Assembly (NCBI RefSeq): GCF_009914755.1
Contig: NC_060934.1
Strand: one strand, 5' to 3'
Length of the DNA: 64,000 nt
From: the human T2T-CHM13v2.0 reference genome, Homo sapiens
Positions 43,651 to 57,790 of the stretch are shown here, one piece after another (position 1 is the stretch's first letter; each line of letters opens with the position of its first letter). Under the pieces are notes generated by a model. That model saw nothing but the letters and a program-made list of their open reading frames with translations, had not been told where the DNA came from and did not search any database. The translations under genes and the position numbers were made by a program.

Positions 43651-43954
43651 ATATATATATATATATATATATTTTGAGATGGAGTCTCACTCTGTTGCTA
43701 GGCTGGAGTGCAGTGGTGAGATCTTGGCTCACGGCAACCTCTGACTCCTTGGTTCAAGCAATTCTCCTGTCTCAGCCTCCTGAGTAGCTGGGATTACAGG
43801 CACGCGCCACCACACCCAGCTAATTTTTGTATTTTTAGTAGAGAATGGGTTTCACCATGTTGGCCAGGATGGTCTCAATCTCCTGACCCTGTGATTCGCC
43901 CTCCCCAGCGTTCCAAAGTGCTGGGATTACAGGCACAAGCCACTGCATCTGGCC
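43651..43954 (-). mobile_element. AluSc-like SINE with (TA)n tail
   Basis: Antisense Alu, tail replaced by (AT)11, TSD AGGAAA(A/T)ATATAT. Confidence 0.95.
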
Positions 43955-44444
43955 AGGAAAAATATATTCAACACTGTTCAAGTCCTTCTTTCTGCCACTG
44001 CTCACATGATCATAGTTGATAATGGTAACTTGCTTCTTCCACAGCCCCTTTCATATTCTCTTTTCTCCTGGAAAGCACCATAGCTAACTGTGGCTCCCTG
44101 CCTTGTAGAATGGCTGGTTTCTTCATTTTAGAAGGTTCTACACCGTTAGGAGGCCTGCCTGTATTGAGTTGTAGCATTGTATTGAAAAATTAAACAACAG
44201 CCGGTTTTATAGAACATGGAAGTAATGACAAGCACCCCAGGTGATTTCATAATTTCAAACACACATCTACTTATCCTCTTTGGATATAAACCCAGCATTT
44301 CCTTGACCATAGGAAGGAATTATTGGTTAATTGAGCAGCATTGACCAGCACTTCCTTGACGACCTCTACTACTCTAGTAGAGGAACACTCTTCTTGGCCT
44401 GTTGCTTCACTGGCATGAGATCCCAAAGGGGCCTGGTGTCCATC

Positions 44445-44830
44445 TGCTATGGGCTAAATTGCATCTACTCCAAACTAATATGTTGAAGCTCTTACCTCCA
44501 GCATGATGGTATTTGGAATAAGGATGTAATTAAGGGTAAATTAGGTTATAATGGTGGAGCTCTGATCTGATAAGATTAGCGTTCTCATAAGAAGAAACAC
44601 CGAATCTCTCTCTCTCTTAACATCTCTGTCTCTCTATCTCTCTGTCCCCCTGCACTATGTGAGGACACAGGGAGAAGCTGGCCATCCATCAGCCAGGAGA
44701 GAGCTGTCACCAGAGATTAAATCAGCAAGAACTCTGACCTTGGACTTCCAGCCTCTAGAACTGTGAGAAATACTTGTCTGTTGCTTAAGGCACGTTGTCT
44801 GTGGTTTGTTATGGAAACCCAAGCTAAGAG
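44445..44830 (+). mobile_element. MLT1A0-like solo LTR
   Basis: TGCTATGGGCTAAATTG...ATGTGAGGACACAGGGAGAAG...GGACTTCCAGCCTCTAGAACTGTGAGAAATA. Confidence 0.9.
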
Positions 44831-45136
44831 CCTGTCTTAAATCCCAGGTTAATGACAGTATCACAATCCCATACCTCTTTTGGGGACCAGAAGATCCCAA
44901 TATCACAGGAAGAAGAAGCAAAATGTCTTGCCAGTGAATCGCTAGGAGCAATAATGAGATAAATCACTCCCATTTTCACCCCTTCAATCTTGGACCCATG
45001 GATTCTAGCTTTGGAAAAAACTAATATATTGGTCATTGATCTAGAGTGTACAGCACATCCTGAAAAATATTATTCCGGTTCTAGGAGGCATTGCCACCAA
45101 GACAGAAGCATCACTTAATCTTCACAAAGAAACATA

Positions 45137-45562
45137 CACTATAGTTTGGGTATTTGACCTCTCCAAGCCTCGTGTTGAAATTTGATGGAACAAATGTTGG
45201 AGGTGGGGCCTAATTAGAAGTGTTAGGGATCAAGATCCCTCATGAATGACTGGGTGCTGTCCTCATGATAATGAGTGAATTTTCACTCTGTTAATTCCTG
45301 CAAGAGTTCTCCTGAGAGCTGGTTGTTGAAAAGAGCCTGGTGCCTTCCTCCCATCTCTTTCCTCCTCTCTCACCATTGAAGCTTTACCTCCTTTGCCTTC
45401 CACCAGGACTGGGAGCAGCCTGAGGCCCCCACCAGATACAGGTGCCGGCACCATGCTACTTGCCAGCCTGCAGGACCATGAGCCAAATAAACCTTTTAAA
45501 AAATAATAATAATTTACCCAGTCTCAGCTATTCCTTTATAGCAACAAAAATGAACAACAACA
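45137..45562 (+). mobile_element. MSTB-like solo LTR
   Basis: CTATAGTTTGG...GTGTTGAAATTTGAT...GATCCCTCATGAATG...GAGCCAAATAAACC...TATTCCTTTATAGCAAC. Confidence 0.9.
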
Positions 45563-46254
45563 GCATCCCATCAGATCTCTCAGGCCAGCTGCTTCTGGGT
45601 GATGGGTAACATGCACATGCCAATGAATTTCATGAGAATGAGCCCAACAGTATAATATACTTTCCCAAAGAAAAATAAAGCACGTATTTGAAAATGCCAT
45701 ATACCTCATTTTACATTTCTACATTATCATATTAATACGAGCTCCCTATGAGACATCAGGAAATTCTGGAAAAGCACCATGAAATAATTTGAAATTTAGT
45801 TATGAAAATTGGTATTTTATTCCCTTCAGTTGGAGGTTAAATAGATATCTAGTATACAAACAACTTCTCTTTGACATATAGCTTAGGTTTAACAGTTCAT
45901 CCTTAGGCCCATTATGGGATTCTCAACTATTCCACAATTCATAATACCATCATATTCTGATGGCTGCAAAGACATATTCTGTTGTCACTTTCCACACACC
46001 GGCCTCTGCTGTTCATTGTGCATTCTGTGGCTTACCAAAGAGACCACTTTAATAAAAGAAGTGTGTTGAGTGAATGAAAATGAAGTGAACTGAGTCTGAG
46101 TTTCATATCCAGAAAAAAATACCTAGAATACAAATTTTAAAACATCACATGGCCAGAAAGACCCTATATTAAATTCAGTAGTGACCCCAAGAAGGGCTCT
46201 GAAGGCCAAGAACTCTTCACTCAGGGCTATAATGGGATGCAGAGTCATTTTATG

Positions 46255-46440
46255 TAAGATGTGCTGGCCTGGGAGTCAGAAGGCCTCTGTTTAAGATCTG
46301 CAAATTAATTTTGCCAAATCCTGACTCTCCATCTACAAAAGAGAAATAAGTAATAGCAGCCTTTCTTCCAGTTTCAGAAAAGTTCAAATAGACATGAGAT
46401 GTTTGAACGTTGTTTTCAGAGTATGTAAGGGTCTCGCATC
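46255..46440 (+). mobile_element. MIR fragment
   Basis: CTGGCCTGGGAGTCAGAAGGCCT...CTCCATCTACAAAAGAGAAATAAGTAATAG. Confidence 0.55.
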
Positions 46441-47294
46441 TGGCTTGGGCTGGGGGTCTGGGGACAAAGAGCAAGGATTGAGTAGGGCACAGCCAACCTA
46501 GAGCTGCCGGCAGATCACAGGAGGGGCACAAGTGAAGCCACAGAATGTGAAGACTTAAACATGAGACTGAATCAAATTCAAAGTGAAGGGGCTGTCACCC
46601 AGACCACAGTTAGGGAGGATTGGAAGAGACACTGATTGATCTGGAGAGAGAATGGGGGTTTGATAGGGCCGTGATTGGTATCTCTGAGTGGTGAGCAGCT
46701 GTTAAGGTACCAGCCTGGTGCAGGCATTGGATGCGAGCAGCTGATAAAGCACTAATTTTTCTCCCAACGAGATGCCCCATCCTCTTGTTTCCCATGCTAA
46801 CCACAGGTCCATTTAACGAGCCACCAATTCCGTCATTTACACAGTCCTGTAAAACTCATGTTTGTCTTGTATATGTAGTGGGAAAATCTATCCTGAATTC
46901 TCCTGTTAATTGACTCAATTTTCTAGTTCATTTTGCTGGCATCAAACTGGCCCCTTTGAACTATTATGCTGGATTTGGTTCTGCAGAAGCTTCCCTAAAG
47001 CACACTGGAACCTTGAAATCAGAGGCCACCATGAGGTGTGAAATTACAACAGCTGAAGTTGTAGGACACTCTCAGATAATGTCATTTCATGGTTTAATAA
47101 ATAATATAAAAATATCCAAATCCTTTACAAGATAACTGCTAGAACATTTCATTCTAAATTCTATTTTTGACTTAAAATGTTACGATGCTCTCTCATTTTG
47201 TCTCCTGAAGTTGAAAGAGAAAAATATACCTACATGGAGAATTCTTAATAGTAACACAGCCAAGAATAAGATGCTGAATGAATAGATTTACAGT

Positions 47295-47465
47295 ATATAA
47301 ATATGTGTGTGTATATTATATACATACATACATAGATACACACATACATGTGAGAGTGTGTGTATGTTTACATAAATAACACATGGGTGCACATTTTATA
47401 TATACGTAGAGATAAATATAATAGCCATAGGTAGATACAGATAGAGCTGTAATAGCTGTAGATAC
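47295..47465 (+). repeat. (TA/CA/TG)-rich low-complexity tract
   Basis: Mixed dinucleotide runs. Confidence 0.75.
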
Positions 47466-47923
47466 AGAACAAAACCAAAATAAAACAGGCACACCACTGC
47501 TCATGGGTTAATGTCAAAGACACACATCAGTAATTCCTATTCACTTAACATAAATGTTTCTCAAATAGATGTGCTCTTTTCCATTCTAAATAATAGTGAG
47601 ATAGTAGCTACTAGGGCATGGATGAGGGAGAGAAAGGAGCAGAAGTGGGCTCCCAAGTTTGAAATTCGGATGTTTTGCCAATAGAAATGGAGAATGCAGA
47701 AGGGAAAGCTGTCTGAGGAGGATGGGCAAGGGCCAGAAGAGCATGAGAATGGCATGAGGGTGACTGTTTTGTGAAATACAGTTTCACGTTAAATAAATCT
47801 AAGGTAATTTATCTCAAGCAGAAGGCCTATTAAAAAAATGCTAAAAGAACTAAAGTGCAATTATGCCAGAAGGAATCTTCAAAATCCCGGTGTGAAGGAA
47901 CAGCAACAAAAATAGCAAATATC

Positions 47924-48247
47924 ATCCAGGCTTGGTGGCTCATGCCTGTAATCCCAGCACTTTGGGAGGCTGAGGTGGGAGGAACCCAGAAGCCCAGGAG
48001 TTCGAGACCAGCCTGGTCACCATGGCAAAATCCCATGTCTACAAAAAATACAAAAAAAAAAAAAAAATAGGTGGGCATGGTGATATGTGCCTGTAGTCCC
48101 AGCTACTTGGGAGACTGAGGCAGGAGGATTCCTAGAGCCCAGGAGGTTGAAGCTGCAGTGAGCCGAGATCGCACCCCCCTGCATTCCAGCCGGGGGGACA
48201 GAGCCAGACCCTCTCTCAAACAAAACAAAACAAAACAAAACAAAACA
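47924..48247 (+). mobile_element. AluJ SINE
   Basis: J-type GGAGGATTCCTAGAGCCCAGGAGGTTGAAGCTGCAGTGAG; (CAAAA)n tail; TSD AAATAG(C/T)AAATAT. Confidence 0.95.
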
Positions 48248-48358
48248 AATAGTAAATATTTGGGTCAAAGTAATAGAATATTTTTCTACTGCTAGAAAGC
48301 TGTGAAATATACATGACCTTAGGAAACAAAAGTTCTAATCTTGTCTGGGGCAGTTTAA

Positions 48359-48373
48359 TATAGATAGATAGAT

Positions 48374-48421
<48 letters not shown>

Positions 48422-48457
48422 TAGATAGATAGATAACTGATAGATAAATAGACAGAT
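48359..48457 (+). repeat. (GATA)n tetranucleotide STR
   Basis: 12 perfect GATA units at 48374-48421 plus imperfect flanking units. Confidence 0.97.
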
Positions 48458-48690
48458 GTAATGCACATGGCAACTGTAATAAAAAGAGGAGGCCAAATGA
48501 TTCTATTTGGTTGCAAGTCTGCTATGTTGGGAGGTAAAATAATAACTGAAAGAAAATCGTGACATTAGACAGGTATATTTTTATTTCTTGATCAACCACT
48601 TAAAATAGTAAAAAGAGATATAGCTAAAACACAGCACATGTTAAATGAAATATTTAAAAGTATGTAAAAAAGCAAAAAAATGAAGGCAAG

Positions 48691-49090
48691 TATATTACTT
48701 GATGTTGACTCTCATAGCAGAATATCACAGACTGGGTGGATTAAACAACAAAAGACATTTAGTTTCTCACTGTTCTGAGGGCCAGAAATCCATAATCCAG
48801 ATACTAGCAGCTGCGGTTTCTGGCAAGCCTTCTCTTCCTTCCCTGCAGACAGACACCTTCTTGCTGTGTCCTCACATGGCTTCTTCTCTGTGTGTGCACA
48901 GAGAGACAGTGCTGGGTTTTTTTTCCTCTTCTTGCATGGATACCAGTCCTATTGGACTAGAGCCTCACCTTTATAAACTAATGTAACTTTAATTATTTCC
49001 ATAAAGTCCCTAACCTTCAATATAGTAGCAATGGAAATTACAGCCTGAGTATATGAATCTGAGGAAGATTCAAACCTTCAGTCCATGATA
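48691..49090 (-). mobile_element. MLT1A-like solo LTR
   Basis: CACAGACTGGGTGGATTAAACAAC...TTCTTGCTGTGTCCTCACATGG...ACCAGTCCTATTGGACTAG. Confidence 0.88.
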
Positions 49091-49094
49091 ATAA

Positions 49095-49322
49095 GGAAGA
49101 ACCAGAGAAATAAAAAAATAAAAAATGACAATCAGAAAATAATAAAAATGTTAGAATTAAATCTAACCAAATCAGTGATTACATTAAATTTAAATAATCT
49201 AAACACACCAAATCAAAAATAAAGATTGACAAATCGAATTAAAACAAACAAACAAAAAGACTTGACTGTATGGTGGTAAGGTATCTGCAAGAAACCCACT
49301 GTAAATATAGTGATATAGATAG
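49095..49322 (+). mobile_element. Old L1M ORF2 N-terminal (endonuclease start) fragment
   Basis: ATCAGTGATTACATTAAATTTAAATAATCTAAACACACCAAATCAAAA (ITLNVNGLN-like), ATCTGCAAGAAACCCAC (LQETH-like). Confidence 0.7.
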
Positions 49323-49324
49323 GT

Positions 49325-50550
49325 CTCAGAAATAAATTGGCACCTTTAATGTCAATTCATTTTTGACAAAGGTGCCAAAAACACACAATGGGAAAAGGAC
49401 AGTATCTTCAATAAACGTTGTTTGAAAAACTGAATATTCACATGCAGAACAATAAAACTAGATCCTTATCTCACACCATATACAAAAATCAACTGAAAAT
49501 GGATTAAAGATTTTAATATCAAACCTGAAACTAAAACTACTAGAAAAAAACATATTGGAAAAGCTCCATGATATTGGTCTGGGTAGAGATTTTTGAATAT
49601 GACTCCAAAAGCACAGGCAACAATAGCAAAAATAAACAGATAAAATTACATCAAACTAAAAACTTCTGTACAGTGAAGAAAACAGCAAACAGAATGAAGA
49701 GATGACTTATAGAATGAGAGAAAATATTTGCAAACTCTACATGTAACAAGGGTTTAATATCAAAAATATATAAGAAATCCAAACAACTCAAGAGTGGCCC
49801 AATTAAAATTGAGCAAAGAACCTGAATATACATTTCTTCAAAGAAGAAATACAAATGGCAAACAGATATATATAAAAAAAAGCTCAACATCACTGATTAC
49901 TAAAGAAATGCAAAATAAAACCACAAGACATAAAACCTCATACCTGTTTGAATGGTTATTGTCAAAAATACAAAAGATGACAAGTGTTGGCAAAGATATG
50001 GAGAAAATGGAACCCTTGTACACTGTTGGTAAGACTGTAAATTAGTACAGCCATTATGGAAAACAGTATGGAGGTTCCAGAAAAAATTAAAAATAGAACT
50101 ATTATATGATCTAGCAATCCCATTGCTGGGTTTGCATATCCAAAGGAGATGAAATCAATATCTCGAAAATATAGCTGCATTACCATGTCCATTGTGGCAA
50201 TATTCAGAGTAGCTAAGATACAGAATCAACCTAAGGGTTCATCAACAATAGTTGGATAAAGAAAATGTGTGATATATACACAATGAATATTATTCAGCAG
50301 TAAAACAAAGGGAAGCCTTTCATTTTTGCAACATGGAAGAAACTGGAGAACATTATGTTGGATGAAATACTCTGTACTTAAAAGTCACTAAAAGAGTAGA
50401 TTTTAAATGTTCTCATCATAAAAAATGTTAATTAGCTCAATTTAACCATTCTACCATGAATTCATAGCTCAAAACATCACGTTATAAAACATAAATATAT
50501 ACAACTTTCATTTGTCAATAAAAAAGTAATAAATTTTAAAAATAAATAAA
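49325..50550 (+). mobile_element. L1MA-type 5'-truncated copy (ORF2 C-terminus and 3' UTR, internal deletion near 50370)
   Basis: TTTTGACAAAGGTGCCAAAAACACACAATGGGAAAAGGACAG; CAGCCATTATGGAAAACAGTATGGAGGTTCC; 3' end TCAAAACATCAC...ATTTGTCAATAAAA plus A-rich tail. Confidence 0.92.
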
Positions 50551-50554
50551 ATGA

Positions 50555-50920
50555 AACTAACAAAAATAAAATATTTAGGTGTTAAAATTATGTGTGGGAT
50601 TGGTATATTCAGAACAACAAAACACTGATGACAGAATAAATGAAGACCTACCTAAATGGAGAGATATACTATAGATATGAATCTGATGACCTCATTTTAG
50701 AAAGTTAATTGGCCCTAAATGGATCTAGATTTAATGCAAATACATTTAATATGATACAAAAACAATTAAAATTCCATCAGGATGCTTTTTAGATATTAAA
50801 GAGCTGATCCTCAAATTTATATAAAAAGGGAAATGAAGTAAAGTAGTTAAACTTCTTTTAAAAAAGAAGAACAAATTTGGAGGAACCACTTCACCTGATT
50901 TGAAACTTACCATAAATCGA
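50555..50920 (+). mobile_element. Old L1M ORF2 fragment
   Basis: AAAACACTGATGA...GAAGACCTA...AAATGGAGAGATATAC...GAAGAACAAATTTGGAGGA. Confidence 0.75.
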
Positions 50921-50924
50921 CATT

Positions 50925-53225
50925 ATCAAAGAGAGTACTTAAAAAATAGTGGACCTCCAAAAATCCTCTCCTCCAAAATAACAGTAAGATCACTGGCAAA
51001 GAAAAAAAAAATCATTGCAATCAGCCTTTTCAGAACTGTAGAAATAAACAAAAGACTTGCAGCATTCTCCAGAGTGTTTATTCCAGAAAAAGGCTGACTC
51101 TTCATAAAAGCTTTGTGACATTTAAACTTGCCCTATTCGCATCCTCCTCTCCCTAGTTTCTTGATACTCTTGACAACCAGAAGCATAAGCAGTATGGCAG
51201 TTTTAAAAATCAGAAGCCTGGCAGTCTCTGGAAGAGGAAGACCATCTTCGGATTACCCTGAAATTCCCTATTCCAGGAGAATTGAAACCATTTGTCCTGT
51301 CTAACAGCAACCAAGAAAAGCATCTTTGTCAGGCCTTATCTTTATTTGACCTCAGAGCTCAGTTAGTGAGAAATGCCCTGTGTTATTTGAAAAAAAAAAA
51401 AAAAAAAAAAGCAAAAATAAGAATAGTGCCTGAGGTAGCAATGATAATTGAGGCAAATAAGAATCTGTCCAAAAGCCTAAAAAATATATATAGGGAATTA
51501 GTTGTACCTTAAGGACTTTGAAAAGCTCTACCTCACCCTTGGAAATCTAGATTGTGCCCCTGTACAGGGCTAAGTGTGTGCCAGGAAAGACCTCAGAACA
51601 CCTCAACCTCTCACTTCTGGCCGTCCTTGAGACTCCATTCAAACAAGAAATGAAGAGTGAGGCAGATTTGTGAACTGCTGGAAAGTGAAGGCATAACCCA
51701 ACACATGCACCGAACTTCTCAGTAGAGGGTGAGAGACTTACTGGTTCAAGGAATTTCAGGAAATTTGTGACCTGTCATTAGCTCATCAACAAACTGAGTG
51801 GAGGCCTTAGTGATTGCACATGGCAAAGAATAGAGACTATGGAATTCGTTCTGGGAAGTCACTAAACAAACAAAGAGCGACAACAGCAATAACAAAAGAG
51901 ACAATAATAAACCACAGGGAGGAAGGGAAAATCCTGTTGATAGATTTGTTGAACAATATTTAAAATTCTAGTTTTCAACAAAAAATTATAAGACATTTAA
52001 CAAAGGAAGGTACAGCTGATTTATAATACCCTCTATCCAAATCAGCAGAATGCATTCTTCTTAAGTACATGTAAACATTATCCAGGATAGACAATATGGT
52101 AAGCATAAATTATACATCGGTAAGTTTAAAAGGATCAAAACCATTCAAAGTTTATTCTACAATCAAAATGAAATACAATTAAAAATCAATAACAGAAATA
52201 AATCAGAAAAATTTATAAATTTGCAGTGTGCAGAGATTAACACATTCCTAAATAATTAATACATCAAAGAAGAAATCCCAAGGGAAGCTATGAAATATAT
52301 TGAGATTCATGAAAACAAAAACACAATATACCACAGCATATGGAATGTAGTGAAAACAGTACTCAGTGGAATATATATTGCTGTTATGCCAATATTTTAA
52401 AAAGAAAAATAAAACATCAATAACAACGTTCCACCTTAAGAAACTAGAAAAGGAAGACTAAACTAAACCCAACCCATGCAAAATAAAGGAAATGAGAACC
52501 ATTAAAGTGAAAATAAATAAAACAAGTAATAGCAATCAAATAGAGGTAACCAACAAAGCCAAAAACTTTTGAAGTCAACAAAATGTATTAACCTTTATCT
52601 AAATTGGCCAAAACTATCTTTATAAAGAATAAATTTGGAATACTGACATTTCTCAATTTCAAAACTTATTAAGAGACCACAGTAATGAAGACAGGCTGGG
52701 CATACAGAGCAATGTATTAGAATTAAAAGTCTAGAAATAACCCTTTGCATTTATGGTAAAGTGACTATTTTTACAAGGGTAACAGGACAAGTCGAGGGTA
52801 AAGAACAGCATTTTCAACAAATGATGTGAAAAAAATCCTTCAATTGTGAATGGGTAAACAAACTGGTTAATGTATACAATAGAATAGGTACAATTCAGCA
52901 ACAAAAAGGAATAGACTACTAAGATATTCATCAACTTGGTTGGATTTCAAATGCATTATGTCAATGGAAAGAAGCCAGATCTAAAAGGCTACATGCTATA
53001 TAACTCTATTCATATGTCATTCTGGAAAAGACAAAATTATAGGGACAAATGGGCATGTGGTTTGACTACAAATGTCAGTACTAGAAGATTGTATGGGGGT
53101 AAGGAACTCTTTTTTATCTTGATTATGGTGGTGATTACATGACTATGCATCAGGATTTATCAAATTAGACACAAAAGAAAAGTGAATTGTACTGTCCATA
53201 AATTTAAAATTGCATTAAAATAATA
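50925..53225 (+). mobile_element. L1M (L1MC/MD-like) composite: 5' region, deleted ORF2 pieces and 3' UTR
   Basis: 5' region similar to the reverse complement of 21900-22150; ORF2 endonuclease motifs (CAGCAGAATGCATTCTT, ATCAAAGAAGAAATC); 3' UTR AAAGAAGCCAGAT...CATTCTGGAAAAGACAAAA. Confidence 0.8.
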
Positions 53226-53841
53226 TAAAATACTAAAAAATTGATCATTTAACTATGGTCATTCAGGAAAAAAAACCTGACTTTTAATGTGATAGAATTC
53301 TTGATTATTTTACATATAATTTGCCACAATTACCTTTTATATGATTTCTCAAAGAGAAAGGATGTATTCACGTTGAAAGATTCATTAAAGATAAATGATC
53401 ATCTTAGAAAACAACTACTTTAAATCAGTATATGTCTGGAATAATGTGACCCCTTTATGTCTTCTATATATTCTATAATATTTTTATCTATGTACATATT
53501 CTGGTTTCCATTTTGGGGAATCTGAATCAATAGATGTGCAGAACAATATCCCATCCTAATTGATAGTTTGAATAAGTAACTAAGTCATGGATTTTGAAGC
53601 CACTTCAAGGGAAGTAACTTGTTTAATGGACCACTCTTAGTGATATCGAGAATCAACTCCATCTTCTGTTAATGGATTTCATATTAATATTTCATTTCTA
53701 CAACAGCTTAAAATTATTGCCTTTGTTGCCCAAATGCCAATTAAGTGCTTCCTGCATTTAAATCAAGACCAAGCCCACCAAGAAGCTGACAACTGAAATT
53801 TCATGGGGCGGGAGAGGGATAGAGGGATAGAAGCAGAATAG

Positions 53842-54150
<309 letters not shown>

Positions 54151-55214
54151 AAATAGATTTTACTCATGGTATCATGAACACAGCCCACTTCTCACACAGC
54201 CAAGTCTCCTGGTTTATGTAATTGACTAAGTTTTAGAAGCAACAGAAGGATACTTTGTGAGCAAATCCCAAGTTGAGTTAAGGATAATGGTATTTATCTG
54301 TTTCTTAAATTTCTCTATATTGATCATAAATTGCTTCAGTAACTTTCCTAAATTTATATTTGTCAGGTGTCTTGTTTGCCTGAATTTGAGAAGTATTTAC
54401 CCAACTGTTACAGACCCCAAAGGCCATGGTTTACGAAGCATGACTTACAACAAATTTACTTCCAGTTCAGCCTCAATTTCGAATTTTAATATACTATTTA
54501 CGATTAGTATTAGATGTATCTTTAGTAAAATAAGGAGGATTTCAGATTTTAAAATTTTGAGATTAACAATTTAAAAAGGACAAAGGAGAAAAGTCACTGC
54601 TGAGTGTTTTTACAAATGCTCGTCTAAACAGTTCCTGTTATTTCCCTTGTCCATTTTGAATCATATCCTGTGATTCAAGTTCAGGCATAATAGTTTTGCA
54701 CAGCTCTTATGCCATTGAGAATCGCCATGTAATGCTGTTTTTACAGCACTGCAAGCAGTCTGAAGTAACACAGACATCTGCATCTACAGCAAGTTGAGGA
54801 ATACCTGTGAATGCTGCCAAGCCTCCTGTAGAATAGATTAAGGGTGTATACTTTCAAGAGGCAGTTAGAGCACAATTGGCAAGCATGAGGCAGTACACTG
54901 GGAGGAAGCTGAGATTATGCACAGTTGCACACAATGATTCATAAACAGTATGTGAGGCTCAGTTGGCATGGTCTTCTGGCTATAGCAAGCCATGCTCTTC
55001 AAAGCTTATCTGTGGTCAATCTCTGATATAGACTGACCAAACTATTTACTGCAAATTTTGCCATGAACCACAGGGTGAAGATGAATAAGCAATAAAGAGC
55101 TTGGAAAGCTTACTCAGGTGTCTCCATAGAAATAGTCTAAAAGGATCTAGAAACTAAAGGAATATTGTTTTATCACTACCAATGATAAAACTGAGTATGT
55201 AAAAATGAAAGGTT

Positions 55215-55720
<506 letters not shown>

Positions 55721-55831
55721 TATGCTTTTAGAAAAAAACTTTATTACTTGTCTAAGGAATCTTTTGATTTTTTTGATTTATATGGGTCTTGACATGAGAT
55801 TGGGAAAGCCGAGCTCACATTATTTATTGTT

Positions 55832-56184
<353 letters not shown>

Positions 56185-56277
56185 ACATTACTTATTGTTA
56201 AAGGGGCTTTTAGTTTTCTTTTTTATTGTTTTTTGTTTGTTTGTTTGTTGTTTTGATGGTAAGGCCAATTTAATTTG

Positions 56278-56490
56278 TTGAGGACACATGAACCCATAAA
56301 GGGGAACGGCACACACTGGGGCTTATTGGAGGGTGGAGGGTGGGAGGAGGGAAAGGATCAGGAAAAACAATGAATGAGTACTAGGCTTAATACTTAGGTG
56401 ATGAAATAATCTGTACAACAAACCCCCATGGCACAAGTTTACCTGTGTAACAAACCTGCACGTGTACACCTGAACTTAAATGTTAAAACA
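56278..56490 (+). mobile_element. L1PA13-16-like 3' end
   Basis: GGAGGGTGGAGGGTGGGAGGAGGG...GTGATGAAATAATCTGTACAACAAACCCCCATG...AACAAACCTGCAC. Confidence 0.9.
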
Positions 56491-57099
56491 ATTTTTTTGA
56501 GTTTGTTTTTCTCAAAACTTTTGCCAATTCTCTTTCCTGTCCACATGTTTCTCCCTTGTCATCTGCTTCCTTTCCATCCTTCTCCTTACCCTTCTGTAAT
56601 CTCATGTTCTATCCAACATGTTCGGTTGTTTTCAAGGGGACGGTCGGTCCAAGACCCAGCCTGTGGCACCACTGGACACAGAAGTCTTCCTCAGCTGCTC
56701 TGCATTGAACGATCACTGTGGGATAATGTCATCAAAATAGACAAAGGGTTAGTGAGCATGTAGAAGAAACGTTAAAAAGTAGAAAGCTATAAAGTTCCAG
56801 GAAGGGAAACATTAACATTCTCCTTAGACCTACTTAGAATCTCATTAAATAAGTCCAAATCACAGATTAAGGACACTGCTTTTGATAACCCATTTCCAAA
56901 GAGCTCAGCGATTTAAAATAAATTAGAACACTCATCTCTTCAATCTCCTTTATTGAAGGGCACATTCAAAGTTTCTTCATTGTTTTTTACAGTGCCATAC
57001 AGAACAGAGCTTTCAGATGGTTTAGGAATTAAGGAGGAGGAAAACATCAGTGTTGGCCAGGGCTGGCCCAATCTGTAGTGTCCCTTGGAAACCTCTCCA

Positions 57100-57320
57100 G
57101 TAAACAAGGTTTGAGTTCAAACCCCATGTTAGCTATTTAGTGATGTGTAAACTTGGATCCATGGTTCAACATCTCTGAATACTGTTTTCTCAAAAGGAAA
57201 TTAGAAAGAAAAGGAATATCTTATCTATAAATTGTCTTAAGAATTCAATTGAATAAGAAAATGTAAATAAAGTATCTACCATTCTAACTGAAATGTTAAA
57301 TATTAATTCACTATTAGATA
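57100..57320 (+). mobile_element. MIR fragment
   Basis: TTGAGTTCAAACCCC...GATGTGTAAACTTGG...AACATCTCTGAATACTGTTTTCTCA. Confidence 0.6.
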
Positions 57321-57574
57321 TTCATTAACCACTATCATTATATGATTCCTAACTACATCCACATAGAACAGGATATAAAAAATGGGAAGGGATTAAATAC
57401 TATACTTCTGGGATTCTGAAAAATAAGCTGGATATCGATTTACCCTCATTTCCTTTTTTTCTCTAAAGATGGTCTGGAGAATCTCACTTCCTACTTCTCA
57501 GGAAGCTAAATGGGAATTCCAGCATTCTGAGGTGAGGGTTTCCTCAACTAGCCCACCATGGAGAAGGTGATACA

Positions 57575-57790
57575 GGACTGAGTGGAAGAAAGGCCACTGA
57601 CTCGGAATACTGGGAGACTTGTCAAGTCATCTAGCACGTCTGACTGTCAATCCATACATAAAACAGGTAGAGTAATGTCTTTTCTGAGTACTTGGAATTG
57701 CCAATGTAACAGTCAACTTGGTTATTAAATGAACTCAATTTGAAAAAATATATAAAACACTGTAGAGCCATGCAGCATGCAATTTTAACT
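57575..57790 (+). mobile_element. MIR fragment
   Basis: GAGTGGAAGAAAGGCCACTGA...CCATACATAAAACAGG...AAAACACTGTAG. Confidence 0.4.

Larger units (their letters stand above)
43420..45650 (-). mobile_element. ERVL-class internal remnant (integrase C-terminus, dUTPase-like region, 3' region), interrupted by Alu, MLT1A and MSTB
   Basis: Minus-strand translations WAHSHEIHWHVHVTHHPEAAGL (about 45580-45646; ERVL integrase-like) and LMPVKQQAKKSV (about 44385-44420; ERVL dUTPase-like). Confidence 0.85.

Noticed and set aside
49651-50192. ORFs with L1 ORF2-like peptide
   Set aside because: Frameshifted fragments of a truncated L1MA copy, not a gene
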